Numbered from the whole stretch's first letter, positions 13,413 to 24,063 are shown. The stretch is DNA of 63,871 nucleotides, filler included, from Reclinomonas americana ATCC 50394 (GCA_048213135.1; 35 parts of 35 records of this genome joined end to end with filler, not necessarily neighbours in it); one strand, 5' to 3'. Program-made: numbers and translations. Notes: generated from the sequence alone by a model not told the origin.

Positions 13413-13539
13413 CAAGGGTCAAGGGTCAAGGGTCAAGGGTCAAGGGTCAAGGGTCAAGGGTCAAGGGTCAAGGGTCAAGGGTCAAGGGTCAAGGTCAAGG
13501 GTCAAGGTCAAGGGTCAAGGGTCAAGGGTCAAGGGTCAA
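13412..13539 (+). repeat. (TCAAGGG)n array with TCAAGG variants, candidate telomere
   Basis: Tandem 7-mer running to the contig end, with the G-rich strand 5'->3' toward the end. Confidence 0.7.
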
Positions 13540-13639
13540 NNNNNNNNNNNNNNNNNNNNNNNNNNNNNNNNNNNNNNNNNNNNTTAATTAATTAANNNNN
13601 NNNNNNNNNNNNNNNNNNNNNNNNNNNNNNNNNNNNNNN

Positions 13640-14149
13640 CTGGAAGCGGATGGGCCGGACGTCCTCATGGAGCGCCTGCGGGCACAGGATCCGGTGACCG
13701 CGGCGCGCATCGACCCCCGCAACGGTCGACGTGTCGTCCGCGCGCTGGAGGTCCTCGAGCAGGGCGGGGCCACGCACGGCGCTGCGCTCCCCGAGCACCC
13801 CACGCTCTGGCACCCGCACACCCGCATCATCGGTCTGCAGGTCGATCGCGCGGCACTGGTCGAACGCCTCGATGCCCGTGTCGAGAGGATGTGGGCGACG
13901 GGGCTCGTCGATGAGGTCACCGGCCTTCGCCGTCACGGCCTCGAGGGCGGCGTGACCGCGAGTCGCGCGATCGGCTACGCGCAGGCGCTCGGACAGCTCG
14001 ACGGTCGACTGTCCGAAGCAGAGGCGATCGCCGAGACCCAGGCACTGACGAGACGCTACGCCCGACGCCAGGTCTCCTGGTTCAAGCGGTACCGCGAGGC
14101 CGAATGGCACGATGCACCCGCGGGCGTCGACAGGCTCCTCGACGTCTGA
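13640..14149 (+). CDS. miaA: tRNA dimethylallyltransferase, 3' part (actinobacterial)
   Basis: Motifs [41 protein letters not shown] and [12 protein letters not shown]. Confidence 0.95.
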   Translation: MEADGPDVLMERLRAQDPVTAARIDPRNGRRVVRALEVLEQGGATHGAALPEHPTLWHPHTRIIGLQVDRAALVERLDARVERMWATGLVDEVTGLRRHGLEGGVTASRAIGYAQALGQLDGRLSEAEAIAETQALTRRYARRQVSWFKRYREAEWHDAPAGVDRLLDV

Positions 14150-14186
14150 AGGATCGGATGTCGGACGTCGATGCCACTCTGTCGGA

Positions 14187-14714
14187 ATGACGACACACTT
14201 CTTCACGGCGTCCAGCCTCGACGGGTTCATCGCCACATCCGAGCATTCGCTCGACTGGCTGCTGAAGCAGGACATCGATCCGGAGGGGCCGATGGCCTAT
14301 CAGGGGTTCGAGAAGACGATCGGTGCGCTGGCGATGGGCGCCTCGACCTATGAATGGGTCATGCGACACGAGGAGGGCCGCTGGGGGTACACCCAGCCGG
14401 CGTGGGTGTTCACGCATCGGGACCTCGAGGTTCCCGATGGGGCCGACATCCGTCTGACCCGGGCCGACATCGCCGAGGTGCATGCCGAGATGGTCGAGGC
14501 CGCGGGCGACAAGGACCTCTGGGTCATCGGGGGAGGAGACCTCGCGGGGCAGTTCGCTGATGCCGGACTGCTCGACGAGGTGTGGGTGCAGTATGCGCCG
14601 GTCACGCTCGGTTCCGGAGCTCCGCTGCTGCCGCGTGAACTCGACCTCGAACTCCTCGACGTCGCCCGCAATCGCAGCTTTCTCTGCGGTCGGTATCGGG
14701 TGCTGCGCGCCTGA
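14187..14714 (+). CDS. Dihydrofolate reductase family (RibD C-terminal-like) protein
   Basis: Motifs ASSLDGFIA..LDWL, MGASTY, WVIGGGDLAGQF..GLLDE and PVTLGSG.PL. Confidence 0.9.
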   Translation: MTTHFFTASSLDGFIATSEHSLDWLLKQDIDPEGPMAYQGFEKTIGALAMGASTYEWVMRHEEGRWGYTQPAWVFTHRDLEVPDGADIRLTRADIAEVHAEMVEAAGDKDLWVIGGGDLAGQFADAGLLDEVWVQYAPVTLGSGAPLLPRELDLELLDVARNRSFLCGRYRVLRA

Positions 14715-14837
14715 GCGGCGTGGACCGGGCCGCCCTCNNNNNNNNNNNNNNNNNNNNNNNNNNNNNNNNNNNNNNNNNNNNTTAATTAATTAANNNNNNN
14801 NNNNNNNNNNNNNNNNNNNNNNNNNNNNNNNNNNNNN

Positions 14838-14868
<31 letters not shown>

Positions 14869-14886
14869 GAGAGAGGAGAGAGAGAG

Positions 14887-14918
<32 letters not shown>

Positions 14919-14960
14919 ATAGAGGAGAGGAGAACAGAGACTCCAACTGGCAACAGAAGA

Positions 14961-15050
14961 GAGATAAGGTGACACCTGAAGCACTTTAGGTGACACTTAT
15001 GCCGACTTGCGGGCACCTGTAGACTGCAAAGAGAGAGATAGAGATAAGAG

Positions 15051-15084
<34 letters not shown>

Positions 15085-15347
15085 AAGTGAGAGAGGCAAC
15101 AAGTGCGTACAGGCAACTGAAGAGGATATGACACCAAAAGCAGTGGAGGTGACACATAGGCTGACTTGCAGGCACCTGCAGACTGCAAAAAGAGAGAGAG
15201 AGATAGGGAGAGAGAGAGAGAGAAGAAGAAGAAGAAGAAGAGACTGCATGCATGAGAGAGACAACAGGCAACATCAGAGAGATAAGGTGACGCCTAAAGC
15301 AGTGAAGGTGACACTTAGGCGACGACCTAGGCGCCTGCAGACTGCAG
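14961..15347. repeat. Three ~70-nt diverged repeat units separated by (GA)n tracts
   Basis: Units at ~14961, ~15121 and ~15278 share aggtgacac...ggc(a/g)cctg(c/t)agactgca, with a period of about 160 nt. Confidence 0.8.
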
Positions 15348-16779
15348 CAATAATAGAGCGACTGAGAGAGTGGCAGCGACTTAGAACTGGCAACAGGAGA
15401 GGCACCTTGTACGACAAGAGCGAGAGAGAGAGAGAAACCAATAGCATCCAAGTCGACTACACATCGCAGGATCATTGCTTGTTCACTGATCATTGACTCT
15501 CCCTTGCTCTCTCTCCCTCTCCTCTCTTCCCTCTCCCTCCCTCTCCTTTTTCTTGTCCAGTCGCCAGCGTGGTGTCTGGCGGAACCGAGGAGGAAGGAGA
15601 GATCGATGTGAGCGAGGAGCCTCTTGCGCGGTACGAGGGCGACTGGAAGAAGACGCCGGAGCATGGGCTTACACGGGAGGGACGTGGTGTGTACACGGAG
15701 GGAGGATTGCGGTGAGTTTGGCGGCGAAGAGAACAGAAAAGGTTGTGAGTTGAACGAATTTGAAGGTGCAGATCAGAGTCTCGGGAAGCTCTCTCTATTT
15801 TCGAGAGACCTGGTCGCTGTGTTGCTTTCTCTCTCTGTGTTTGAGCAGCTTCTGTACTCTGCCCACAGATTGTCAGTCTGCGCTTGATTCCTCCTCATTG
15901 CCTTCTCCTCTTTATCTTCTCCTCTCCTTTGCCTTCTCCTCTTTGCCTTCCTCTTCTGTCTTCCTCTTCTACCTTCTCCTTCTGTATTTCCCTTCTGTCT
16001 TCCTCTTCTGCCTTCGACGTCTGTCTTCCTCTTCTGTCTTCCTCCTGTCTATTTTCAAGAGAGTTGCAGTGCACTCTGGCAGAACATACTGGTCGCTCTC
16101 TCTACACGCTCAGTCGACGAGGACTCCGTGTCCTGAGCATTCAAGAGTAGTTCCCACAGTTATCGCTGGGTGCTTCCTCTGCCATCTCTCTCTCTCTCTC
16201 TCTCTCCCAATGAGTCGACTTCAAAAGAGCTAAGACTCATGACCAAAATTGATCTTTCATCCTGTGCCCCTTTCTTTTGGCACTCTCTCTCACTGACATC
16301 AATCAGAACTGCGTGTCACCGTTGTCTGCATCTCTTCTCTTCTCTTCTCTCTTTCACTCTCTGTGCATCCATGTCAACTCAATTCCCATAACTCTTCATA
16401 CCGTTTCTTACAGCCAGCCTCTCCCGTCTCCACACATTTATCCCTTCCCTTTCACCCTCTCCTCCTTCCCCTTCCCCCTTGCTCTCCCCCTCAACTAACT
16501 CCGTGTCCTGAGCATTCAGAGCAGTTCCCACAGTTATCACTGTGTGCTTCCTCTGCCCTCTCTCTCTCTCTCTCGCTCTCTCTCTCCTGTCTCGTACCGT
16601 ACACTCCCGTCCGTTCGGACCGTACAGCAGTCTAATAAAGTCGCAAGGGAAAGGGGGAGCGCAATAATACATAAGAAAANNNNNNNNNNNNNNNNNNNNN
16701 NNNNNNNNNNNNNNNNNNNNNNNTTAATTAATTAANNNNNNNNNNNNNNNNNNNNNNNNNNNNNNNNNNNNNNNNNNNN

Positions 16780-17938
16780 TAGACAGGCCATCACCGCCAC
16801 CTCCACCACCACCACCTTGCACAGGAAACGAGGGAGCCATTGTCATTGCTGTTGGTGCTGTTGTTGTTGTTGTCGACGCAGGCGGCGGCGCCACAGCCGA
16901 TGAATGCCACTGTCGTGGATGCGCCGACTGCTGCGGCATAGGCAGGTCGACGCTCTGCGTCGCATACGCGGCTGCCATCGCCGCCGCTGAGGCCGCGGCT
17001 GCTGCCGCTGCCGCCGACGCAGGAAGAGGTGGTGCGGTGGGTGTGTCCGAGTCGTCCGCCGGCCGCTTGCGCGACCGCGCCCGGCGATTCTGCAACGTGA
17101 GAGCACGCGACGGAGAGTGAGTGAGAGAGAAGAAGAAGAAGAAGAAGAAGAACAACGAGAGAGAAGGACAGAAGAGATATCGATATGTGGATGCAGAAAA
17201 CATATCAGAGTCGATATCAGAGTGCGAACTGCGACAATGTTCAGTGGAGAGGCACTTACCATGAACCAGTTGCTGACCTTCTTTGTGTCGCACTGAAGTG
17301 CCGCGGCAATTCTGTGATGGAAGCGGGTGAGTTGAGTGTGCACCACACACACGCATCTCCACACACAAATCGCACACAATGAAAAACAATAGAATCTGTA
17401 CACTGCCCCGCCGCAAGGGAAAAGATATCGATTTCTTGTTGTCCGCGAAGCACAGAAAATAGAACATATGTAACGGTGCACTGGGAACCCCCGTACGACA
17501 CAGTCACACAGGCACACACACACACAGGCACACACCACACACAGTGGAATGCGGAAAGAACAACAATTATGTGACCCAATTCTATCACCATAAATGGTCA
17601 TCCTTCCCCTGCCTCTCACCGTTCTTTCGCAGCACGACCCGGCTGAGGGTTCCGCACAAACAGCGACTCCAGGAAGTTCACCTGCAAGGGCAGGAGACAG
17701 AGAGAGGCGGGAGGAGGGCGGTGAGAACGAAGAAAAAGCAACACTCGACAAATTTGACCATAAGATGCCGGTCGCGAACCGAGTCCTGCGGAAAGCGCTC
17801 CTTGCGACGCGTCGAAGTGCCTCCAGCCGGAGAGGGCGGCGAGGTTCCCAAGGGAGGTGATGGTGTTGCGAGGGGGGGCGGAGGCGGACGAGAATCGTCA
17901 CCAGTGTATTGCTGGTCCTCGTGATCGCCCGGATTCAT
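16780..17938 (-). CDS. Non-TALE homeodomain protein, 3'-partial
   Basis: Exons 17938-17780, 17681-17620, 17311-17260 and 17089-16780 splice through GT-AG introns to RRKERFPQDSVNFLESLFVRNPQPGRAAKERIAAALQCDTKKVSNWFMNRRARSRKR, which has L16, F20, W48, F49, N51 and R53. Confidence 0.9.
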
Positions 17939-18721
17939 CCCTCCCACACTCACACACACGCGCGTGTGGTGATCACGCACACGCGCGCGTGGGGGGAGGG
18001 TTCAGATCAGACAGGCACGCCGCTGTAGGCCGCCTGCAAAGACACCCAAAAGAAGACTGTATTGAGCTCGATTTTCAATAGCTTCGCGGGGAAATGCGCA
18101 ACAATTTGGATGCCATACAACACTCAGGTGCGACAGTTGGGTGCGTGTGAGAACGTGCAGGAGTTACACCTCACACAGTGCACGTGTAGCTCATCTCTCA
18201 CACTATCCTCCGCACTGCTGCAATCACACAGGGGGCGAGAAGTAAACCGAACACGTACTTTTCGACAGAGAGTTGACGCGCTCACGCAATGACAGACAGT
18301 GATGTGGCGGAGATCACGCATACACACACCGCGACGCACGCGAGAAGAGGAGAGTGGAGCTCAGGGAGTGGCGGAGAGAGCGAGAGAAGGTGTGGTAAGA
18401 TTCGTGTTTCTGCTGCTGGATCACGGCTGACAGCATCGATCAGGATGCCGGCGGCGTCACGACAAAAGAGAAGACGGAGGAGGGAGTGCGCGCCGGTGTG
18501 TTGCTTGCCACACACAGAGGGTACACACACACACACACACACACCCTCAAACACATGCAATACAGAAACACTCGCCTCGCTCTTGCTCGGGATCGAAACT
18601 TGGAGTCGAGGCTCGCGCCGGNNNNNNNNNNNNNNNNNNNNNNNNNNNNNNNNNNNNNNNNNNNNTTAATTAATTAANNNNNNNNNNNNNNNNNNNNNNN
18701 NNNNNNNNNNNNNNNNNNNNN

Positions 18722-19306
18722 AGGCGGCGCCTCGGGCGTGCGCCTGGAGGTGATCAGGATGGCGTCGGCCTGCGCCCCGTAGGAGATCAGGCAGCCTTCC
18801 TTGTCGAGGGTGAAATCGTCGCCCTCGCGCACCACGCCGCAGATCGACGAGCGCAAATCACCGCCGACGCCGCCGCCTTCGGTGGTGGCCGAGGCGAGCA
18901 GCAGCTGCTCGCGGGCGATGCGCGCCATGAAGGAGGCATGCCAGGGATCGTCATTGCAATGCACGACCAGGCTCGACGCCTTGATCTGGTGCATTGCGTA
19001 GATCATGCCGGTCGATGCGCAAGCCTGGGCCAGCACCGAGCAGATCTCGGCGATGGTCGCGTGGCTGGCCTCCTCGCCGCCATGGGCCGCCGGGATCATG
19101 ATCCCCAGCAGGCGCTCGCGCTTCAGGGCCTCGAAGGCCTCGTGCGGGAAGCGCGACCTGGCGTCGACATCGCCGGCGTGCTCGGCCGCGACTTTCGCGA
19201 TCTTGCGCGCCTTGGCGATCATCGCCTTCTGCGCCTCGGCGCTGGCGCCCGATGTCTCGGCGGTCAGCTGATAGCCGGCATCGGCCAGGCGGGCGAGCGT
19301 CGTCAT
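18722..19306 (-). CDS. Acyl-CoA dehydrogenase family protein, 5' part (alphaproteobacterial)
   Basis: Motifs DVDARSRFPHEAFEAL, ACASTGMIYAMH and LLASATTE.G.GGD. The start overlaps the carrier-protein stop (TGATG). Confidence 0.9.
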
Positions 19307-19551
19307 CAGACGTGCTCGCTCTGGATGGTGCGGATCGCGTTCTCGATCGCGGCGATCGAGGCGAAGTTGCGCCGGTTCATCATGTTGTCGGGGAACTCGA
19401 CCTCGAAAGCCTCTTCGAGCGCCATCATCAGCTCGACGGTGCCGAAGGAGGTGAGGCCGGCATTGTAGAGATCGGCCTCGTCGGCGAGGGTTGCGACATC
19501 GACCGGCAGCTTGCCGGTGGTCTTGAGGATTTCGCGGATCCTGGTCTTCAT
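19306..19551 (-). CDS. Acyl/aminoacyl carrier protein
   Basis: 81-aa acidic protein with DLYNAGLTSFGTVELMMALEEAFEVEFPD; the phosphopantetheine Ser is in GLTS. Confidence 0.9.
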   Translation of the reverse strand: MKTRIREILKTTGKLPVDVATLADEADLYNAGLTSFGTVELMMALEEAFEVEFPDNMMNRRNFASIAAIENAIRTIQSEHV

Positions 19552-20076
19552 CTTTCGGTCCTGCCCTGTCTGATGCCATCGCTGCTGCGGTGCAGCCCCG
19601 TTTTGGCTCCGCCCTCGACGCGCAGCGGCATACGCTGGCGCAGGGCGCTCGCGATCGCCGTCCGTGACGCTTGGGTCGGTTGGTTTGACGCCGTGTTGTT
19701 CGTTGCGTCAGGCCTAACGCATAAAATTTAAAGTTACCTTGCGCCGGCCATAGAATGACTGGCGTAAGCGCTTCGAGCCTTGGTGTCTGGAGGTGTGGTA
19801 AACGGCTGATTGCAGCGAATACTCGATTTCTAGAGAAATCACCCAGCTGTGGCGGTTGAATAATTGGGGGCCACGCTGCGCTCGGCCACCGGCGCAGGCT
19901 CAGCTCCGGCATCGCCATCACTCGATCCGCTCATGAACCAGAGCAGGGCCGCCGTCTTGATCGAGTAGACGGAGTCNNNNNNNNNNNNNNNNNNNNNNNN
20001 NNNNNNNNNNNNNNNNNNNNTTAATTAATTAANNNNNNNNNNNNNNNNNNNNNNNNNNNNNNNNNNNNNNNNNNNN

Positions 20077-20422
20077 CATGCGCCCCATCTGGGGTGACAG
20101 CGACAGATCGCACCCAGTTAGTGTGCCCGCTCCACCGTCGCACCTCCCGCCCACTTGCGAGCGACCACACTCGCACTGTGCCATCGTTGCTGCCACTGAC
20201 AACGTGCTGACTATCAGAGGTCATAGCGAGACAGGTCACTGCGCCAGTGTGTCCCTCCAGCCGTCGCACCTCCCGCTCACTCGTGAGTGACCACACAATC
20301 ACTATCATGTCGTCACCGCCACTGGCAAGGTGAGCGTCATCGGGAGAGACGGCAATGCAGTACACCAGTGAAGTGTGTCCACGCAGGCATTTGTAGAGGA
20401 AGGAGGGAGCGGTGTGAGACAT
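20077..20422 (-). CDS. WD40-repeat protein, 5' part
   Basis: GH-x-V-x-x-V-A..D..SGxxDxTVRVW repeats begin almost at the start Met; no introns. Confidence 0.85.
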
Positions 20423-20894
20423 GTGAGAGGGGGAGAGGGAAGGTGAGAGGGCGGATAAGGGAAGGGAAGGGAGTGAGGAGAGGAACTCGGCGTTCAGCGA
20501 AGCAAGAAGAAAGTAAGAATCGAGGACGAACTTGGTTCTCGCGTCGCGATTCCGGTGGTCTTGGTAGCAGGGCAGCGGCGAGTGTCATCAATGGCTGTTC
20601 TACGGAGCTGCATAGCAAGACCGGAAACGCGACGAGTCGTACACTTGTTTATTCCGGAGGCACCAAATGGCCCCGATTCGATGTGGTCGAGGGAAGAAGA
20701 AAGGAGAGGAAAAAGGGAACGCCTATGCAGCCAGAACAAGGCTTGTCAGAGGCAGCAACGCCCCAAGCGAAGCGAAAAAAACACAGTTCTGCAGTACCCG
20801 AGGAAAGAAACTTGGAAATGACTCGACAGTCAGAAGAGAGAGACCACCCTTGCAGCGACACTAATGAAAAGACACCTGCAAGACGCTGCTTGTC

Positions 20895-21914
20895 TCATAG
20901 ATGCAACGCAGGATCCGCACGGCATCGATACGCGACGGCCTCAGCTTCTTCAACAATAAAGCACCGCAGCACAATCTCTGGCAAGCATCGCGGATTCGGC
21001 TCGCCTTCGCCGACCTCGCGTTGCTGCGTCTCTTGAATAGCGCGCATGGCCTCGCGTGCCACGTCGAGCTCCTGGCGAGCGAGGCCGAGGGGCGCTGACC
21101 ACACAAGCATGACTCCGTCCGCGTTGCCACTCACAATGCGCTGACCATCGGGGGCGACGGCCAGAGAGGCAACGCAACCTGCTTGTCCCTCCAGCCGCTG
21201 CACCTCCACACCACTTGCCAGTGACGAGACAAGTACGCCGCCGTCACTGTCTCCACTCACAATGTGCCGACCGTCGGGAGTGACAGCGACAGACGCCACC
21301 GTAGCATTGTGTCCCTCCAACCGTCGCACGTCTTCACCACTCGCCAGTGACCACACGCGCACTGTGCCGTCAAAGCTGCCGCTCACAATAAAGCGACTGT
21401 CGGGGGTGACGGCGACAGCGTCCACCCGCTCAGCGTGTCCCTCCATCCGTCGCACCTCCTGCCCACTCTCCAGTGACCACAAGCGCACTGTCTTGTCACT
21501 GCTGCCACTCACAACATGCAGTCCGTCAGCTGAGACGGCGACAGAGCGCACCGCATCCGTGTGCCCTTCCATCCGGTGCTCTTGCACGCCATTCTCCAGT
21601 GAGAACACGCGCACCGTCCAGTCAACACTCCCACTCACAGCGTGCCGATCGTCGGGTGTGATGGCGACAGACAGCACCCCGGCAGGGTGTCCCTCCGGAT
21701 CCAGCCAGAGTATCTCCGCACCACTCGCCAGTGACCACACTCGCACTGTGCCATCATTGCCTCCACTCACAATGTACTGACCGTCGAGTGTGATGGCCAC
21801 TGATCGCACCCAGCTTAGGTGCCCATGCAGTCGTCGCACCTCCTCCCCCCGCGCCAGTGACCAAACGCGAATCGTGGTGTCGAGGCCACCACTCACAATG
21901 TGTTGACCGTCGGG
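20895..21914 (-). CDS. WD40-repeat protein with highly similar repeats, 3' part
   Basis: About seven 42-aa repeats of the type VRRLEGH..V.SVAVTPDG..IVSGS.D.TVRVWSL.SG, followed by a ~65-aa non-WD tail. Confidence 0.92.
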   Translation of the reverse strand, partial: PDGQHIVSGGLDTTIRVWSLARGEEVRRLHGHLSWVRSVAITLDGQYIVSGGNDGTVRVWSLASGAEILWLDPEGHPAGVLSVAITPDDRHAVSGSVDWTVRVFSLENGVQEHRMEGHTDAVRSVAVSADGLHVVSGSSDKTVRLWSLESGQEVRRMEGHAERVDAVAVTPDSRFIVSGSFDGTVRVWSLASGEDVRRLEGHNATVASVAVTPDGRHIVSGDSDGGVLVSSLASGVEVQRLEGQAGCVASLAVAPDGQRIVSGNADGVMLVWSAPLGLARQELDVAREAMRAIQETQQREVGEGEPNPRCLPEIVLRCFIVEEAEAVAYRCRADPALHL

Positions 21915-22047
21915 NNNNNNNNNNNNNNNNNNNNNNNNNNNNNNNNNNNNNNNNNNNNTTAATTAATTAANNNNNNNNNNNNNNNNNNNNNNNNNNNNNN
22001 NNNNNNNNNNNNNNGATCATGACCGCGAGGGTGCCTCTTGCCAATGC

Positions 22048-22734
22048 TCAGTGCCGCGAGGCGCTCCGGCCGAACAGGGCGGAAGGCCAGAAACTGCGCT
22101 GCAGCGAGAGCGACAGGGTTGCGAAGCTGCGGGCATTGTCCATTGCCTCGTCCAGCAGGGTGAACGGCGTCGGCGCGCCGGTGGCGATCCTGCCCTCGAC
22201 ATCGGCGTAGCCGCCGACCATCTCGGCCTCGAACTTGCGCGCGAGGTTCCGCATCGCGGCGTTCTCGGGCAGGCAGGTCATGTAGAGCGTCCTGATATTG
22301 CGGTTGCGCGCCGCCGTGATCAGGCGGCTGAACAGCTCTCCGCCGATGCCGCGCCGGCGCCAGGTGCGTTCGACGCTGAAGGCGGCTTCGCCAGTCTGGA
22401 TGACGATTTCCTCCAGCCCGCGCAATTCGGCGGCGCCGCGGACCTCGCCGGCCTCGACATAGGCATAGACCAGCCCGCCGACACCAAAGGTGGTTTCGGC
22501 GTAGTTCCGGAGGAAATCATCCGTGACCGCCGTGCCGAAACGCTCGCGCCGTGTGTCGGCGTCGAGGCGAAGCAGATGGGCGGTGAAGAGATCGCGCTCG
22601 GCAGGCCAGAGACGCCTGACCTCGCCGTGCCTGGCCTTGGCGCCAGGCTTGATCGAACGATTCAATTGCAGCTCCTGTGAAAGCGCTGATGGCGCTGCCC
22701 AAAGGAGGCGTGTCTTCCCTAACTCGGAGACCAA
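22048..22734 (-). CDS. GNAT family N-acetyltransferase (start uncertain)
   Basis: Motifs HLLRLD..R..RFG, EAAFSVE..WRRRGIG..L and CLPENAAMRNLARKF. Confidence 0.85.
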   Translation of the reverse strand: MVSELGKTRLLWAAPSALSQELQLNRSIKPGAKARHGEVRRLWPAERDLFTAHLLRLDADTRRERFGTAVTDDFLRNYAETTFGVGGLVYAYVEAGEVRGAAELRGLEEIVIQTGEAAFSVERTWRRRGIGGELFSRLITAARNRNIRTLYMTCLPENAAMRNLARKFEAEMVGGYADVEGRIATGAPTPFTLLDEAMDNARSFATLSLSLQRSFWPSALFGRSASRH

Positions 22735-22827
22735 GATGCGCTTCCGATCTGGGAATACAAGTGGCGCGATTGCGGCAATTTACAGCTAAATGCCTGTAAA
22801 AATGGCCGGAATGGTCAAGGCTGCGCG

Positions 22828-23424
22828 CTAACGCCACATGGTGGCGATCGAGGCGGCCAACGCCAGAGCAAGCCCGATATTGAGGGCGCGCCATTGCCAG
22901 GCCTGCGTCAGCAGCCGTGCCAGAAGCAGTCCGGCGACGCACCAGAGCATCAGCGACAGCAGCGCGAGCACGCCGAAGACGGTGCCGAGCAGGGCGGCGA
23001 GCTCTCCTGCGCCGCGGGCAAGCTCGCCGAAGGAGGCGGCGGCGCCGAGCGTCATGGCCCAGCCCTTGGGATTCTGCAGCTGGATCCAGAGCGCGCCGAG
23101 GAAGCTCGTCGGCCTGGCGATGCTCCTGTCGAGATGCGGGGGGCCGCTGCGGCCGATCCTGACGGCGAGCCAGAGCAGATAGGCCGAACCGGCGAGCTTC
23201 ATCGCGAATTCGAGCGATGGCATCGCCAGCAGCAGGCCGGCGAGCCCGGCCGCGGCCGCGACAGCCATTCCGGCCAATCCGATCGCGACGCCGATCATGA
23301 AGGGCAGGGAACGGCGAAAACCGAAATGGGCGCCGGAGGCCGTGGCGAGCGTGGTGGTGGCGCCCGGTGTCACGGTGGAGATGGCGGCGAAGGCGATGAG
23401 CGGCAGGAATGATTCCGGTGACAT
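22828..23424 (-). CDS. LysE family translocator
   Basis: TPG motif, G..YLLWLA and QLQNPKGW; hydrophobic throughout; divergent from a LysR gene. Confidence 0.92.
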   Translation of the reverse strand: MSPESFLPLIAFAAISTVTPGATTTLATASGAHFGFRRSLPFMIGVAIGLAGMAVAAAAGLAGLLLAMPSLEFAMKLAGSAYLLWLAVRIGRSGPPHLDRSIARPTSFLGALWIQLQNPKGWAMTLGAAASFGELARGAGELAALLGTVFGVLALLSLMLWCVAGLLLARLLTQAWQWRALNIGLALALAASIATMWR

Positions 23425-23512
23425 GGGCGGCTCCGGCTAGAAGCCATCGCATTAGGTTCGTCCGACGAATGATGAAAACGAATGTTGAAGCGATCAGGCA
23501 TTAGCATCGATA

Positions 23513-23851
23513 ATGCTAGACATGCGCAATCTCGACCTCGAGCTGATCCGGGCCTTCGTCGCCGTCGCCGACCATGGCAGCATGACCATCGCCGGCAATG
23601 CGCTGCATCTGACGCAGAGCGCCGTCAGCCAGCAGATCATGCGGCTGGAGCGACGGCTCGGGCAGGCTCTCTTCCTGCGAGAGCGGCGCGGGCTGAAGCT
23701 GACGGCCTCGGGCGATCGCCTGCTCGCCAAGGCACGCCGGCTGATCGGTCTCAATGACGAGATCTGGGCCGAGATGACGACGGGCTGCGCCGGCACGGTG
23801 CGGCTTGGCGTGCCCTATGACCTCGTCGGCACCGCGCTCGCGCCGATCCTG
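23513..23851 (+). CDS. LysR family transcriptional regulator, 5' part
   Basis: LDLELIRAFVAVAD.GS.T.A...LHLTQSAVSQQI.RLE..LG..LF.R. Confidence 0.95.
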
Positions 23852-23951
23852 NNNNNNNNNNNNNNNNNNNNNNNNNNNNNNNNNNNNNNNNNNNNTTAAT
23901 TAATTAANNNNNNNNNNNNNNNNNNNNNNNNNNNNNNNNNNNNNNNNNNNN

Positions 23952-24038
23952 CTCGCCGGACGTCCGGACGCGGCCGAGGCGGCGATGCGCGATCATCTCG
24001 CCGGATCCGAGGCGCTGCTGCGCGGCTTCCTGATGTGA
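23952..24038 (+). CDS. C-terminal end of a probable GntR/FadR (FCD) regulator
   Basis: LAGRPDAAEAAMRDHLAGSEALLRGFLM* resembles the A...MxxHL ending of FCD domains. Confidence 0.55.
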   Translation, partial: LAGRPDAAEAAMRDHLAGSEALLRGFLM

Positions 24039-24063
24039 GGGCCCGGCGGCTCACGTCACCGGA

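Noticed and set aside
13364..13595. ORFs encoding (SRVKGQG)n here and at 58271-58943
   Set aside because: Translations of the non-coding 7-mer array and of the rRNA.
14961..15347. Possible CRISPR array
   Set aside because: Units are ~70 nt and diverged, the spacers are microsatellites, the context is eukaryotic, and no cas genes are present.
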